Shown here: piece after piece, positions 1 through 7,415 of the stretch
Position numbering within the stretch: the first letter of the stretch is position 1
Layout: every line of letters starts with the position of its first letter
Assembly (NCBI GenBank): GCA_902781945.1
Contig: CACZLE010000029.1
Location: 26,395-58,394, forward strand
From: an uncultured Eubacteriales bacterium
Lineage (GTDB): Bacteria; Bacillota; Clostridia; Christensenellales; Aristaeellaceae
Reading direction: 5' to 3'
Length of the DNA stretch: 32,000 nt
The notes under the pieces: generated by a model
What the model was told of the DNA's origin: nothing
The model's database searches: none
What the model saw: only the letters and a program-made list of their open reading frames with translations
Translations under genes and position numbers: made by a program

Positions 1-827
1 AATTCAAAAACCTGGAAGTGCAGCAGCGCGCGGCCCAGCTTTTGCGTGAGCGCGACGTGCGCGGCGTCATCGTCATCGGCGGCGACGGCAGCTTCAAGGG
101 CGCCCAGGCCCTGTGCAGGCAGGGGATCCCCTGCATCGGCATCCCCGGCACCATCGACAACGACCTGCCCTACACCTCCATGACTTTGGGCTTCGATACC
201 GCCGTCAACGTATGCGTGGACGCCGTGCGCAGCATCCGCGCCACCTCCCGCTCCCATGACCGTCCCCACGTGGTGGAGGTGATGGGCCGCCATTGCGGCG
301 ATATCGCCCTGGAAACCGCCACGGCCACAGGCGCGGAGATCGTGCTGTGCCCCGAGGCCAAGCGCTGGCATATTGAAGAGGTGGCCAACCGGCTGCAGCG
401 CCACATTGACCGCGGCGATTACCGCAGCACCATCGTGGTGGCCGAAGGCGCCTGGGACTGGATGGCGCCCTTCGACGTTTCCGCTTACCTCAACGCCCAC
501 GGCGTCAGCGTGTTCCCCGGCGAGGAAATCAACGCCCACCGCATGGCCCAGGTGCTCAGCTGCATGTGCCATATGCCCGACGGCTCCTCTCCCGAGGCCC
601 GGCACACCGTCATCGGCTACACCCAGCGCGGCGCGCGGCCCACGGCCCGCGACGCGGCCTTCGCCTTTGAGGCGGGCGTGCGCGCGGTGGACCTGCTCAA
701 CCGCGGCATCGGCAACCGCGTCATTGGCCGCAAGGCAGGCCGCGTGTTCGACGAGGACATCGACAAGGCCCTGCGCGCCCGCCGGCCCTTCAACCGCGTG
801 ATGTACAACGTGATCAACGCGCTGTAA
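1..827 (+). CDS. pfkA: ATP-dependent 6-phosphofructokinase, 5'-truncated by the window edge
   Basis: Frame is open from the window edge (phase of nt 3). Translation shows the PFK core GVIVIGGDGSFKGA, GIPGTIDNDL and EVMGRHCGDIAL. Stop TAA at 825-827. Confidence 0.9.
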   Translation, partial: FKNLEVQQRAAQLLRERDVRGVIVIGGDGSFKGAQALCRQGIPCIGIPGTIDNDLPYTSMTLGFDTAVNVCVDAVRSIRATSRSHDRPHVVEVMGRHCGDIALETATATGAEIVLCPEAKRWHIEEVANRLQRHIDRGDYRSTIVVAEGAWDWMAPFDVSAYLNAHGVSVFPGEEINAHRMAQVLSCMCHMPDGSSPEARHTVIGYTQRGARPTARDAAFAFEAGVRAVDLLNRGIGNRVIGRKAGRVFDEDIDKALRARRPFNRVMYNVINAL

Positions 828-836
828 ATTCGGGGG

Positions 837-865
837 TTGACACCGCCGCATAACTATGCTACAAT
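837..865 (+). promoter_or_regulatory. Sigma-A type promoter for the leader ORF and ABC exporter operon
   Basis: -35 TTGACA at 837-842, 17-nt spacer, extended -10 TGcTACAAT at 857-865. Sits directly after the pfkA stop. Confidence 0.6.
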
Positions 866-907
866 CCAAACGTTTCCAAAGTAAACTTTCAGAAAGGAGG
901 CTGCGCC

Positions 908-976
908 ATGACCATGATCATCAAATTTGCAATCGCACGGGTGAACTATGCCTGCGCGCAGCCGCCTGCCAGATAA
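908..976 (+). CDS. 22-codon leader peptide ORF (MTMIIKFAIARVNYACAQPPAR), below the ORF-track size cutoff
   Basis: GGAGG at 896-900 lies 7 nt before ATG 908; stop TAA 974-976. It sits between the promoter and an intrinsic terminator upstream of the ABC genes. Confidence 0.5.
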   Translation: MTMIIKFAIARVNYACAQPPAR

Positions 977-999
977 AGCCGGTTTATTGACCGGTGAAG

Positions 1000-1036
1000 A
1001 AGGCCGTCTGCGTTTTGGGCGCGGACGGCCTTTTTG
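1000..1036 (+). terminator. Intrinsic terminator / attenuator between the leader ORF and the ABC exporter
   Basis: AAGGCCGTCTGCG (1000-1012) pairs with CGCGGACGGCCTT (1020-1032). This gives about 13 bp with a 7-nt loop, followed by TTTTT (1031-1035). It lies 37 nt upstream of ATG 1073. Confidence 0.65.
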
Positions 1037-1072
1037 CGTGTCTGTTTTTAGGAAAGGAATGGGAAAATCGAT

Positions 1073-2881
1073 ATGCATTCGAGAAGACTCCGCCTGATGG
1101 GGCGGCTGATCGCCCGGAACCGGGGCTTGTTTTCCGGGGCGGCCCTGTGCACCCTGGCGGCGGTGACGGCGGATTACTGCACACCCCTGCTGCTGGCGGA
1201 AACGCTGGATCATTACCTCAGCGGTCTGCCCAGCGCCATGCCCGCCTTCGTCAACCGCTGGGTGGACGCCCTGGGCGGACCGGAATACATGGCCCGTCAT
1301 CTGTGGATCGTGGGCTTGCTGCTGGTGGCCCTGAGCTGTCTCAGCGGCCTGAGCAATTTTCTGCGGGGCCGCTGGCAAAGCCAGGCGGGCGAAAACGTGG
1401 CCCGGGATCTGCGCAGTCAGCTGTACGACCATATCCAGCGCCTGCCCTTCAGCTACCACGTGAAGGCGGAAACGGGCGATCTGGTGCAGCGCTGCACCAG
1501 CGACGTGGACACCGTGCGCAAATTTCTGATCAACCAGCTCATGTCCATCCTGAGCGCCATCCTGATGATCGCGGTGGCCCTGACGGTGCTGTTGCGGCGC
1601 AACGCCCGCCTGGCCCTGTACAGCATGATCATGGTGCCCGGGCTCTTCCTCTTCGCCTACCTGTTCTTCAAATGGGTGGTGAAGGCCTTCCAGGCATCCG
1701 ACAAGGCCGAGGGCGCCATGAGCGCCGTTTTGCAGGAAAACCTGACCGGCGTGCGGGTGGTGCGGGCCTTTGGGCGGCAGCGGTACGAGGTGGAAAAATT
1801 CAAGGAAAAGAGCCTGGATTTCAAGGAAAAGACCTATCGCCTGTGCCGGCTGCTCAATGTCTATTGGTCGGTGAGCGACGGCATGAGCATGCTGCAAAGC
1901 TGCCTCACCCTGGCCGTGTGCGTGATCTTCGCCGTTCGGGGCGAAATCACCGTGGGCACGCTGGTGGTGTTCACCAGCTTCATCGGAAAACTGCTGTGGC
2001 CCATCCGGCAGTTGGGCCGCATCCTCAGCGACGCGGGCAAGAGCTTCGTCTCCCTGGAGCGCATCGACGAGATCCTGCGCCAGCCCGTGGAGCCCGAGGA
2101 GCCGGAGGCCGTCAAGCCTCCGCTCCATGGCGACATCGTGTTCGATCACGTGTCCTTTGGTTATGACGGCCAGCGGGACGTGCTGCGCGATATGAGCTTC
2201 ACCATCCCCGCGGGCAAGACCGTGGCCATCTTAGGTGCCACCGGCAGCGGCAAGAGCAGCGTGGTGCACCTGCTGCAGCGCCTGTTCGCGCCCCGGTCCG
2301 GCAGCATCACCATTGGCGGCGTGGACATACAGACCATTGACCGCAGCTACCTGCGCAGCCACGTGGGCCTGGTGCTCCAGGAGCCCTTCCTGTACAGCAA
2401 GACCCTGCGGGACAACGTGGGCATCGCCCTGCGGGAGCCGGAGGCCGCCGCCATCGAGCAGGCCGCCCGGGACGCCGCTGCCCTGGGGTTCATCCTGGAC
2501 AGCGAAAGCGGCTGGGATACCCTGGTGGGCGAGCGGGGCGTGACCCTGAGCGGCGGTCAGAAGCAGCGCATCGCCATCGCCCGCACGCTGATGAAGGACA
2601 ACGACATTCTGATCTTTGACGATTCCCTGTCCGCCGTGGATACCGAAACCGACGCGGAGATCCGCCGTGCCCTGAAGGAGCGCGGCAAAGATACCACCAC
2701 CATCATCATCAGCCACCGCATCGTCACCCTGTCCCAGGCCGATCTGATCCTGGTGATGGAGGATGGCCGGGTGACCCAGCAGGGCACCCACCGGGAGCTG
2801 ATCGCGAAGGACGGCCTGTACAGCCGGATCTTCAACATCCAGACCGCCCTGGAAGCGGAATTCCAGGAGGAGGTGAACTGA
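1073..2881 (+). CDS. ABC exporter permease/ATPase fusion, subunit 1 (degenerate catalytic site)
   Basis: 602 aa with an N-terminal 6-TM exporter domain. Walker A GATGSGKSS, signature LSGGQKQRIAIAR. Walker B is ILIFDD, with Asp (2621-2623) where the catalytic Glu is expected. Confidence 0.9.
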   Translation: MHSRRLRLMGRLIARNRGLFSGAALCTLAAVTADYCTPLLLAETLDHYLSGLPSAMPAFVNRWVDALGGPEYMARHLWIVGLLLVALSCLSGLSNFLRGRWQSQAGENVARDLRSQLYDHIQRLPFSYHVKAETGDLVQRCTSDVDTVRKFLINQLMSILSAILMIAVALTVLLRRNARLALYSMIMVPGLFLFAYLFFKWVVKAFQASDKAEGAMSAVLQENLTGVRVVRAFGRQRYEVEKFKEKSLDFKEKTYRLCRLLNVYWSVSDGMSMLQSCLTLAVCVIFAVRGEITVGTLVVFTSFIGKLLWPIRQLGRILSDAGKSFVSLERIDEILRQPVEPEEPEAVKPPLHGDIVFDHVSFGYDGQRDVLRDMSFTIPAGKTVAILGATGSGKSSVVHLLQRLFAPRSGSITIGGVDIQTIDRSYLRSHVGLVLQEPFLYSKTLRDNVGIALREPEAAAIEQAARDAAALGFILDSESGWDTLVGERGVTLSGGQKQRIAIARTLMKDNDILIFDDSLSAVDTETDAEIRRALKERGKDTTTIIISHRIVTLSQADLILVMEDGRVTQQGTHRELIAKDGLYSRIFNIQTALEAEFQEEVN

Positions 2882-2882
2882 A

Positions 2883-4760
2883 TTGCAGCAGGAAAAGGAT
2901 TATACCCAGAAATTTGACCTGTCGCTGTGGCGAAAGCTGCTGCGCTACGCCCCGCGATACAAAAAGCACCTGGCGGCGCTGGCCTTCTTCATGGGCGTCA
3001 ACGCCCTGATCGACGTGGCCTTTCCCCTGCTTACCAGCTACGCCATCGACCACCTGATCACCGATAACGGAGCCGCCCCCACCTTCTTCATGTCCCGGGC
3101 GGTGGAGATCGCGCAAAAGCTGCTCCATTGCCCGCCGCTGACGGCCTTCATCGTGCTCTACGTGCTGCTGGTGGCGCTGTCCGTGGCCACGATTTACGTG
3201 TTCCTCTATCTGGGCAGCGTCATCGAGGTGGGCGTATGCTACGAGATCCGCAGCCAGGGCTTCCAGAAATTGCAGGAATTGCCCTTCAGCTACTATGACC
3301 GCATGCCCGTGGGCTATCTGATGAGCCGCATGACCAGCGATATCCAGCGCCTGGCCGAGACCATCGGCTGGAGCCTGCTGGACCTGTGCTGGGGCGTGGT
3401 GATGCTGCTGATGTGCTCGGCTACCATGCTGTCCATCAATTGGAAGCTGGGCCTGGCCGTGATGCTGGTGCTGCCGCCCCTGGGCGTCATTTCCGTATGG
3501 TTCGAGCGGCGCATCCTCAAGGCCTGGCGCAGCGTGCGCAAGACCAACAGCCGCATCACCGGCGCGTTCAACGAGGGCATCATGGGAGCCAAGACCACCA
3601 AGACCCTGGTGCGCGAGGAAATGAACATGGAGGAATTCAGCGGCATGGCCCAGGAAATGCGCAAGTCCTCCGTCCGCGCCGCCTCCCTCAACGCCCTGTA
3701 TCTGCCCATCGTCATCTCCCTGGGCTCCATGGCCACCGCCTGGGCCCTGTGGCAGGGCGGCAGCCAGGTTCTGACGGGCGCCATGAGCCTGGGCGTATTG
3801 CAGGTGTTTGTCAATTACACGGTGCAGTTCTTCGAGCCCGTGCGCAACATCGCGGGCGTGTTCAGCGAAATGCAGAGCGCCCAGGCCGCCGCCGAACGGG
3901 TGATGACGCTGCTGGAAACCGCCCCGGACATCGTGGACAGCCCCGAGGTGATCGCGGAATTCGGCGACGCCTTCCATCCCAAAAAAGAAAACTGGCCCGA
4001 GATCCGCGGGGATATCGATTTTGAGCACGTGGATTTCAGGTATCAGGAGGGCGAGCAGGTTTTGAAGGATTTTAACCTGCGCGTGAAGGCCGGGGAGACC
4101 ATCGCCCTGGTGGGCCCCACCGGCGCAGGCAAATCCACGGTGGTCAATCTGATGTGCCGTTTCTACGAGCCCACGGCGGGCGAAATCAAAATCGACGGGG
4201 TGGATTACCGGAAACGGAGCCAGCTGTGGCTGCAATCGAATCTGGGCTACGTGCTTCAGGAGCCGCGGCTGTTCAGCGGCACCATCCGCGACAACATCCG
4301 CTACGGCAAACTGGACGCCACCGACGAGGAGATCCGCCGCGCGGCCCAGCTGGTCAACGCCGAGCCCTTCATCCTGCGCATGGAAAAGGGCTACGATACC
4401 GACGTGGGCGAGGGCGGCAGCCGCCTGTCCACCGGCGAAAAGCAGCTGATCTCCTTCGCCCGGGCCATCCTGGCCGATCCGCGCATCTTCGTGCTGGACG
4501 AGGCCACCTCCTCCGTGGACACCGAAACCGAGGTCGTCATCCAGAACGCCATCGCCCGGGTGCTCTCGGGCCGCACCTCCTTCATCATCGCCCACCGTCT
4601 GTCCACCGTCCGCGCCGCGGACCGCATCCTGGTCATCGAGGACGGACAGATCCGCGAAATGGGCGCCCATCGTGAGCTGCTGCGGCAGAAGGGCGCTTAC
4701 TACAAGCTGTACATGAGCCAGTTCGAGGAGGAACGGGCGCAGGAGATTCTGGGAAGCTGA
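2883..4760 (+). CDS. ABC exporter permease/ATPase fusion, subunit 2 (consensus catalytic site, deviant signature)
   Basis: TTG start at 2883, 9 nt after AGGAGGAGG (2865-2873) and 1 nt after the subunit-1 stop. Walker A GPTGAGKST; Walker B FVLDE (Glu at 4500-4502); signature LSTGE (4425-4439) instead of LSGGQ. Confidence 0.9.
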   Translation: MQQEKDYTQKFDLSLWRKLLRYAPRYKKHLAALAFFMGVNALIDVAFPLLTSYAIDHLITDNGAAPTFFMSRAVEIAQKLLHCPPLTAFIVLYVLLVALSVATIYVFLYLGSVIEVGVCYEIRSQGFQKLQELPFSYYDRMPVGYLMSRMTSDIQRLAETIGWSLLDLCWGVVMLLMCSATMLSINWKLGLAVMLVLPPLGVISVWFERRILKAWRSVRKTNSRITGAFNEGIMGAKTTKTLVREEMNMEEFSGMAQEMRKSSVRAASLNALYLPIVISLGSMATAWALWQGGSQVLTGAMSLGVLQVFVNYTVQFFEPVRNIAGVFSEMQSAQAAAERVMTLLETAPDIVDSPEVIAEFGDAFHPKKENWPEIRGDIDFEHVDFRYQEGEQVLKDFNLRVKAGETIALVGPTGAGKSTVVNLMCRFYEPTAGEIKIDGVDYRKRSQLWLQSNLGYVLQEPRLFSGTIRDNIRYGKLDATDEEIRRAAQLVNAEPFILRMEKGYDTDVGEGGSRLSTGEKQLISFARAILADPRIFVLDEATSSVDTETEVVIQNAIARVLSGRTSFIIAHRLSTVRAADRILVIEDGQIREMGAHRELLRQKGAYYKLYMSQFEEERAQEILGS

Positions 4761-5162
4761 TGCTGCTTCCCGTATTAAAGCAAGAAGCTGAAAAACAGAA
4801 ATTTGACGGGGAAGGGGTACGCTTCTCTTTTGAGTCAAAAGAGAAGCAGAAAACCTGCGTTTGTCGCCGTAAAAGCAGCTAACGCAATGAGAAACAAAGT
4901 CGTAGTCCACCGCTTCCGGGCAGCCAGCTTCGCTGGCGTGCTGTGCGCAAGGCGCACAGCGAAAACCGGCGTCAGGCCGGAGAAAATGAGTAAACTCATT
5001 TTTCCGGACTGTCGCCGGTTTTCTTATGCCCGGAAGCTCTCGCTACGGCTTTCAAGTTACAGGCGCAGATTGTTTGTTGTTGTTATCAAGCCGGTTCGCC
5101 CGCTGAGGTCCAGGAGAAGAATTCTCCTGGCGCAGAGGCTTGGAGGCCGCGGAGGCCTCCAA
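4751..5162. repeat. Array of at least seven GC-rich hairpins in a convergent intergenic region
   Basis: Stems read directly from the sequence: 4751-4771, 4821-4847, 4923-4937, 4941-4959, 4962-5022, 5110-5130 and 5140-5162. Confidence 0.55.
4962..5022. terminator. Probable bidirectional intrinsic terminator (long imperfect palindrome with an A-tract and a T-tract)
   Basis: AAAACCGGCGTCAGGCCGGAGAAAATGAGT-AA-ACTCATTTTTCCGGACTGTCGCCGGTTTT. It lies between the plus-strand ABC operon and the minus-strand sigma-like gene. Confidence 0.5.
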
Positions 5163-5221
5163 CGTCTCCCCTTGCCAATTTCTGTTTGTCTGTCTCCCCA
5201 AATCAAGGCACATTCATCTTT

Positions 5222-5737
5222 TCATTCTTTGCTAACTCCCGCCGCCTGATACACCTTTTCCATGGCCCGGTTTTTGATCCGCCGCAGGCCGTCCCGGCTG
5301 GTCACCGCCGTGCCGGGATAAGCCAGGGCGAAGGCTGCCAGCACCTCGCTGTAGCTCTCCCCGCCGATGACGTGGCGATCTATCACCAGCCGTTCCCGGT
5401 CGCTGAGGGCCCCGCGCCAGGCATTGACGCTGCGGCACACCCAGTCGCATTCCCCCATTTCGTCCTTCAGCCGCCGGATGTCCCCGGCCATTTCCTGCAT
5501 ATAGGCCGGGCGATATCCGGACAGGAACCGCACTGCCATCCGGGCCGTGGGGTCCCCCGTGCCCGTGCCCCGGGGCATATCCAGGCCGCGCCCGGGCAGC
5601 ACGCTGTCCTCCACCAGATGCTCCCGGGCCCTTTCCAGCTCAGCCTCCGCCCGGGTGATCTCCACCTGCAAAAAATCCCGCCGCGCCGCGCAGCGCCTGT
5701 AATCCGTCAGCATCCGATCCACCGTATCAGCCCGCAT
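5222..5737 (-). CDS. Sigma-70 region-4-like / phage RinA-ArpU-like HTH transcription factor (171 aa)
   Basis: ATG at 5737 is preceded by GGAGGGAGG. The C-terminus LSDRERLVIDRHVIGGESYSEVLAA...SRDGLRRIKNRAMEKV looks like a region 4.2 HTH. The N-terminal half looks coiled-coil. Upstream in-frame codons of the track ORF lack an SD. Confidence 0.7.
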   Translation of the reverse strand: MRADTVDRMLTDYRRCAARRDFLQVEITRAEAELERAREHLVEDSVLPGRGLDMPRGTGTGDPTARMAVRFLSGYRPAYMQEMAGDIRRLKDEMGECDWVCRSVNAWRGALSDRERLVIDRHVIGGESYSEVLAAFALAYPGTAVTSRDGLRRIKNRAMEKVYQAAGVSKE

Positions 5738-5924
5738 TCCTGCCTCCCTCCTGCCATGCGTCGCGGCGCTGCACGCAGTTTTCGCAGCCCACGATCTCCC
5801 GCTCTTTCCAAACATACAGCCATTCGCATATCTGCCCGCACACAGGGCAGCGGGGCTCCGCCTCCGGGGCCCCTTCGCCCCATCGCTCCATCCGCCGGAT
5901 CTCCGGCGCGTCCAGCATCTCCAT
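5727..5924 (-). CDS. Small zinc-ribbon protein (65 aa; CPVC...CENC)
   Basis: MEMLDAPEIRRMERWGEGAPEAEPRCPVCGQICEWLYVWKEREIVGCENCVQRRDAWQEGGRNAG. Its 3' end overlaps the next gene's start by 11 nt and carries that gene's SD. No SD precedes ATG 5924. Confidence 0.5.
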   Translation of the reverse strand: MEMLDAPEIRRMERWGEGAPEAEPRCPVCGQICEWLYVWKEREIVGCENCVQRRDAWQEGGRNAG

Positions 5925-5930
5925 GGGCTC

Positions 5931-5960
5931 ACTATACCCCGCCCGCGCTTCCCCCGTCAA
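5931..5960 (-). promoter_or_regulatory. Candidate promoter placing the transcription start at or next to ATG 5924 (leaderless mRNA)
   Basis: On the minus strand: -35 TTGACG (5955-5960), 18-nt spacer, -10 TATAGT (5931-5936). Only 6 nt (GAGCCC) separate the -10 from the ATG. Confidence 0.4.
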
Positions 5961-6042
5961 CCAACGATTCTTGACAAATCCCTTCAAAAATTGTACCCTG
6001 TATAAAACCTTCTTTTCCAATCCGAAAAAAGGAGTTTTGAGT

Positions 6043-7125
6043 ATGTGGCGCTTGCTCACTTTCGCATTATTTTCCATCTCGCTTTTGGGCTCCGTTTACG
6101 TGGCCTTCCGCTTTCATAAGCTGGATTTCGTCAAAGCCCTGGCCCACCGGCATCCCGTGCTGGCCTGGCTGCTCAGTTTTTCGCCGCTGGTCCTTTCTGC
6201 CTGTTTCTTGACCTTCAACACCTTCACCGCCGCCACGGTCCTCATCCATTTCGTGCTCTTCTGGGCGATCTCCGATCTGGTGGGCCTGATCATCCGCAAA
6301 TGCGCCCGCCGCGCCTTCCGCCGCTATTACGCCGGTCTGGCCGCCCTCGCGTTCACAGTGATCTGGCTGTCCGTGGGCTGGTTTTGCGCCCATCATGTCT
6401 TTCTCACCCGTTACACCTTCGCCAGCGACAAGCTGTCCGCCCCCCTGCGCGTGGCCCTGGTGGCGGATTCCCATCTGGGCATCACCCAGAACGGCGTCAC
6501 CTTCGCCCGGAAAATGGCGCGGCTGGAGAAGGAAAACCCCGACGCCCTGCTGCTGGCGGGGGACTTTGTGGACGACGACACCTCCAAGGAGGACATGCTG
6601 GCCGCCTGCGACGCCCTGGGCCGCTTCTCCGCGCCGGTGTATTTCATCTACGGCAACCATGACAAGGGCTATTACAATTACCGCAATTTCACCACCCGGG
6701 AGCTGGTGGAGGCCCTGGAGCGCAACAGCGTCACCATCCTGGAGGACGCCGCCGCCCTGCTGCGGGAGGATGTGTACGTCATTGGCCGTCAGGACCGCAC
6801 CGCCTGGGGCCGCGCCTCCATGCCCGCCCTGACGGCGGCGCTGGACCCCGCCAAATACATGATCCTCCTGGATCACCAGCCCAACGATTACGCCAATGAG
6901 GCCGCGGCGGGCGTCGATCTGACGCTCTCCGGCCACACCCACGGCGGCCACCTCTTCCCCATGGGCCAGATCGGCCTGCTCATGGGGTCCAATGACCGCC
7001 GCTATGGCACCGAAAAGCGAGGCAATACTCAATTTGTCGTCACCAGCGGCATTTCCGGCTGGGCCGTCCCCTTCAAAACCGGCTGCTGGTCGGAAACCGT
7101 GATCATCGATATCATTCCCGAATAG
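6043..7125 (+). CDS. Membrane-anchored metallophosphoesterase (calcineurin-like, YkuE-type)
   Basis: AAAGGAG at 6028-6034 precedes ATG 6043. N-terminal TM helices are followed by the phosphoesterase motifs VADSHLG, GDFVDD, GNHD and GHTHGG. Confidence 0.85.
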   Translation: MWRLLTFALFSISLLGSVYVAFRFHKLDFVKALAHRHPVLAWLLSFSPLVLSACFLTFNTFTAATVLIHFVLFWAISDLVGLIIRKCARRAFRRYYAGLAALAFTVIWLSVGWFCAHHVFLTRYTFASDKLSAPLRVALVADSHLGITQNGVTFARKMARLEKENPDALLLAGDFVDDDTSKEDMLAACDALGRFSAPVYFIYGNHDKGYYNYRNFTTRELVEALERNSVTILEDAAALLREDVYVIGRQDRTAWGRASMPALTAALDPAKYMILLDHQPNDYANEAAAGVDLTLSGHTHGGHLFPMGQIGLLMGSNDRRYGTEKRGNTQFVVTSGISGWAVPFKTGCWSETVIIDIIPE

Positions 7126-7140
7126 TTTTCTATAACGATT

Positions 7141-7392
7141 GAAGATGAGAACGGACGAAGGCGTTCTCTTTCGATGCCCGAAAGGGATGTTGCGCTGATG
7201 GCGATTGTTGGGTTATCCATGCCGCATCCCGAGCGCGAAGCGTGAGGGTCAGAGCGAAAAATGGAGAACTCAACCGCTCCCGGCACACGGCAGTGTGCGT
7301 CTGCGCAGCAGACATAGGCCGATAGGCCCGGGAGCGCGCACAGGACAGCCTTCGCAAACGCTGACGCTCCGCCCCCGTTCGTTCTTCTCATC
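7141..7392. repeat. Hairpin-dense intergenic element with paired ends and an internal 4-way junction
   Basis: 7144-7163 is imperfectly complementary to 7370-7392. A closing stem (7276-7282 with 7329-7335) encloses three hairpins at 7283-7298, 7299-7313 and 7317-7328. Confidence 0.4.
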
Positions 7393-7415
7393 AGCTTAAG
7401 AAAGAAGGCGTTTTC

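Noticed and set aside
854-4910. Long antisense or out-of-frame ORFs over the ABC genes (854-2149 minus, 994-2166 plus, 2832-4910 minus, and others)
   Set aside because: They mirror well-supported ABC transporter frames. Their translations are low-complexity Ala/Gly/Arg/His-rich, as expected from stop-codon depletion in high-G+C DNA, and they have no SD or recognisable motifs.
5971-6006. Plus-strand TTGACA (5971-5976) and TATAAA (6001-6006) as the metallophosphoesterase promoter
   Set aside because: The two hexamers are 24 nt apart, far from the 16-18 nt optimum. The hexamer at the correct spacing (TACCCT) is poor. It is left unannotated rather than forced.
5727-6077. The 116-aa version of the zinc-ribbon ORF starting at 6077
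   Set aside because: The N-terminal extension would start inside the divergent metallophosphoesterase gene and run across both promoters. It has no SD, so the shorter form from ATG 5924 is more plausible.
7126-7415. Known riboswitch or housekeeping RNA (T-box, cobalamin, TPP, ZTP, SAM, SRP, 6S, RNase P, tmRNA) upstream of the SDR gene
   Set aside because: None of the conserved cores I can recall for these classes is present, and the size does not fit RNase P or tmRNA. It is kept only as an unclassified structured element.
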